Part shown: in pieces, positions 62,718 through 64,000 of the stretch
Layout of the letters: each line of letters opens with the position of its first letter
Numbering within the stretch: the first letter of the stretch is position 1
NCBI GenBank assembly: GCA_051362555.1
Contig: CM120645.1
Location: 21,700,001 to 21,764,000 of the forward strand
DNA: 64,000 nt
Reading direction: 5' to 3'
DNA from: Lingula anatina
Lineage: Eukaryota > Animalia > Brachiopoda
The notes under the pieces: generated by a model
Seen by the model: the letters and a program-made list of their open reading frames with translations, nothing else
Told to the model about the DNA's origin: nothing
Databases searched by the model: none
Made by a program: the position numbers and the translations under genes

Positions 62718-64000
62718 CACGCAAAAAATCAGACTTGCAATTTAATAGCCAAATAACATTCTAACAGCCTACAAGAAATCTAACAGTGGTCAAAATAATC
62801 TAATAGCCAACTCATAAAATTTAACAGTGTTAAAAAATCTAATAGCCACTCATAAAATTTAACAGCGTTAAAAAATCTTACAGCCAACTTATAATCTTAC
62901 AGCCAACTTCTCAAAACAGCCAAGTCAGCATTTTACGCTAGAGGTCACTGCTGTCACGGGTCTATCCGTGGACAGCGCGTAAAGTGATGACGTACGTCTT
63001 TAAATATGAATGTAACTCCCTGTGCTTGTAATATATTCTCTTTTCTGTATATGAACATGTAACATAAAGATAAACTCCCAAGTACGCATATGTTTGTCCT
63101 AATTGAATATTTTATGTGGTTTTGATATTAATCTGGAATGAATTTAGCGTGAAAATGTAAATAAGCAAATTAAGCCTCAGTATACATAGAATTATTTCCC
63201 CATTGTTTTGGTCCCTTTACCATATTTTTATTTTATAATAAAAATCTTTCCAACAAGGCGTTTGTTTTATCTTGTTCTATATATTAAATCATTTATAAAT
63301 ATATGTTTCTAAAAGAATCATTTTAAATAGAACGTTCACTGTCATCCCATCGGTGATTGTAATGCGATGAACGCTGGACTTGTATTACCATCGTAGTAAA
63401 ACATGAGACTAGTGACCATGCATTGGGTGAAATTAGGTCACAGTTTTGATTCATGCATATGCAGATTACGTCCAGTTGCGTCCTATGATAGGACAATGCG
63501 TCCTAGGCACCGCCATGTTTTACCCTACGCGATGTAACCTTGCATTACTTAGTACGGGGGTTTGAAACTGAACACCGTTTTCTTGTGCATCTTTCGGGAA
63601 GGAACTCCACGTATTCCGGTGGCAAAATACTCTTTTATATTAGTTCTGATTCGACCTTCCATCCACGTAATGTGGATGTTAAACAACATCTCTCCATAGA
63701 AGTAGAGATCTCTCAGACTTCAGATGACGTCATCACTTTACGCGCCGTCCACGGATAGACCCGTGACAGCAGTGACCTCTAGCGTTAGATGCTGACTTGG
63801 CTGTTTTGAGAAGTTGGCTGTAAGATTATGAGTTGGCTGTAAGATTTTTTAACGCTGTTAAATTTTATGAGTTGGCTATTAGATTTTTTATCACTGTTAA
63901 ATTTTATGAGTTGGCTATTAGATTATTTTGACCACTGTTAGATTTCTTGTAGGCTGTTAGAATGTCATTTGGCTATTAAATTGCAAGTCTGATTTTTTGC
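62718..64000. mobile_element. Non-autonomous CACTA/EnSpm-like element with ~275-bp inverted arms (right tip cut by the window end)
   Basis: 62721-62993 is the near-perfect reverse complement of 63727-64000. The left terminus is CACGCAAAAAATC and the arms are built of repeated AA(C/T)AGCC motifs. No transposase ORF inside. Confidence 0.85.

Noticed and set aside
62726-62925. Regularly repeated AA(C/T)AGCC motifs resembling a CRISPR array or satellite
   Set aside because: Short degenerate subterminal repeats mirrored in the other transposon arm; no unique spacers, no cas genes, eukaryotic context.

Overview
AT-rich, intron-containing animal genomic DNA; an invertebrate, possibly lophotrochozoan, though that is only an inference. 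There are no prokaryotic features. Four protein-coding genes can be built by hand from splice sites and motifs: (1) a class A GPCR with a single coding exon (8448-10418, +) and a ~350-aa third intracellular loop; (2) a 3-exon caveolin (13889-25842, +); (3) an ~18-exon SLC26 anion transporter with a STAS domain (44937-34171, -); (4) a >=22-exon PARP14-like mono-ADP-ribosyltransferase (62702-51772, -; RRM/KH-macro-macro-WWE-ART, 5' end not resolved). The non-coding DNA is rich in non-autonomous DNA transposons. These include a three-element nest of Harbinger MITEs in caveolin intron 1 that keeps a Myb/SANT ORF relic, a fold-back Harbinger MITE in three copies (one interrupted by an L2-type LINE 3' end fused in frame to a MITE ATG), and CACTA/EnSpm-like elements, one of which abuts or interrupts the 5'-most PARP exon. 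There is also a 2.3-kb tandem array, a tRNA-derived SINE head and microsatellites. I found no convincing wholly new biological system. The best leads are the PARP14 variant apparently lacking the hydrolase macrodomain, its possible 5' disruption, the nested Harbinger inverted repeat and the MITE-LINE chimeric ORF. All coordinates were counted by hand and may be off by a few nt.
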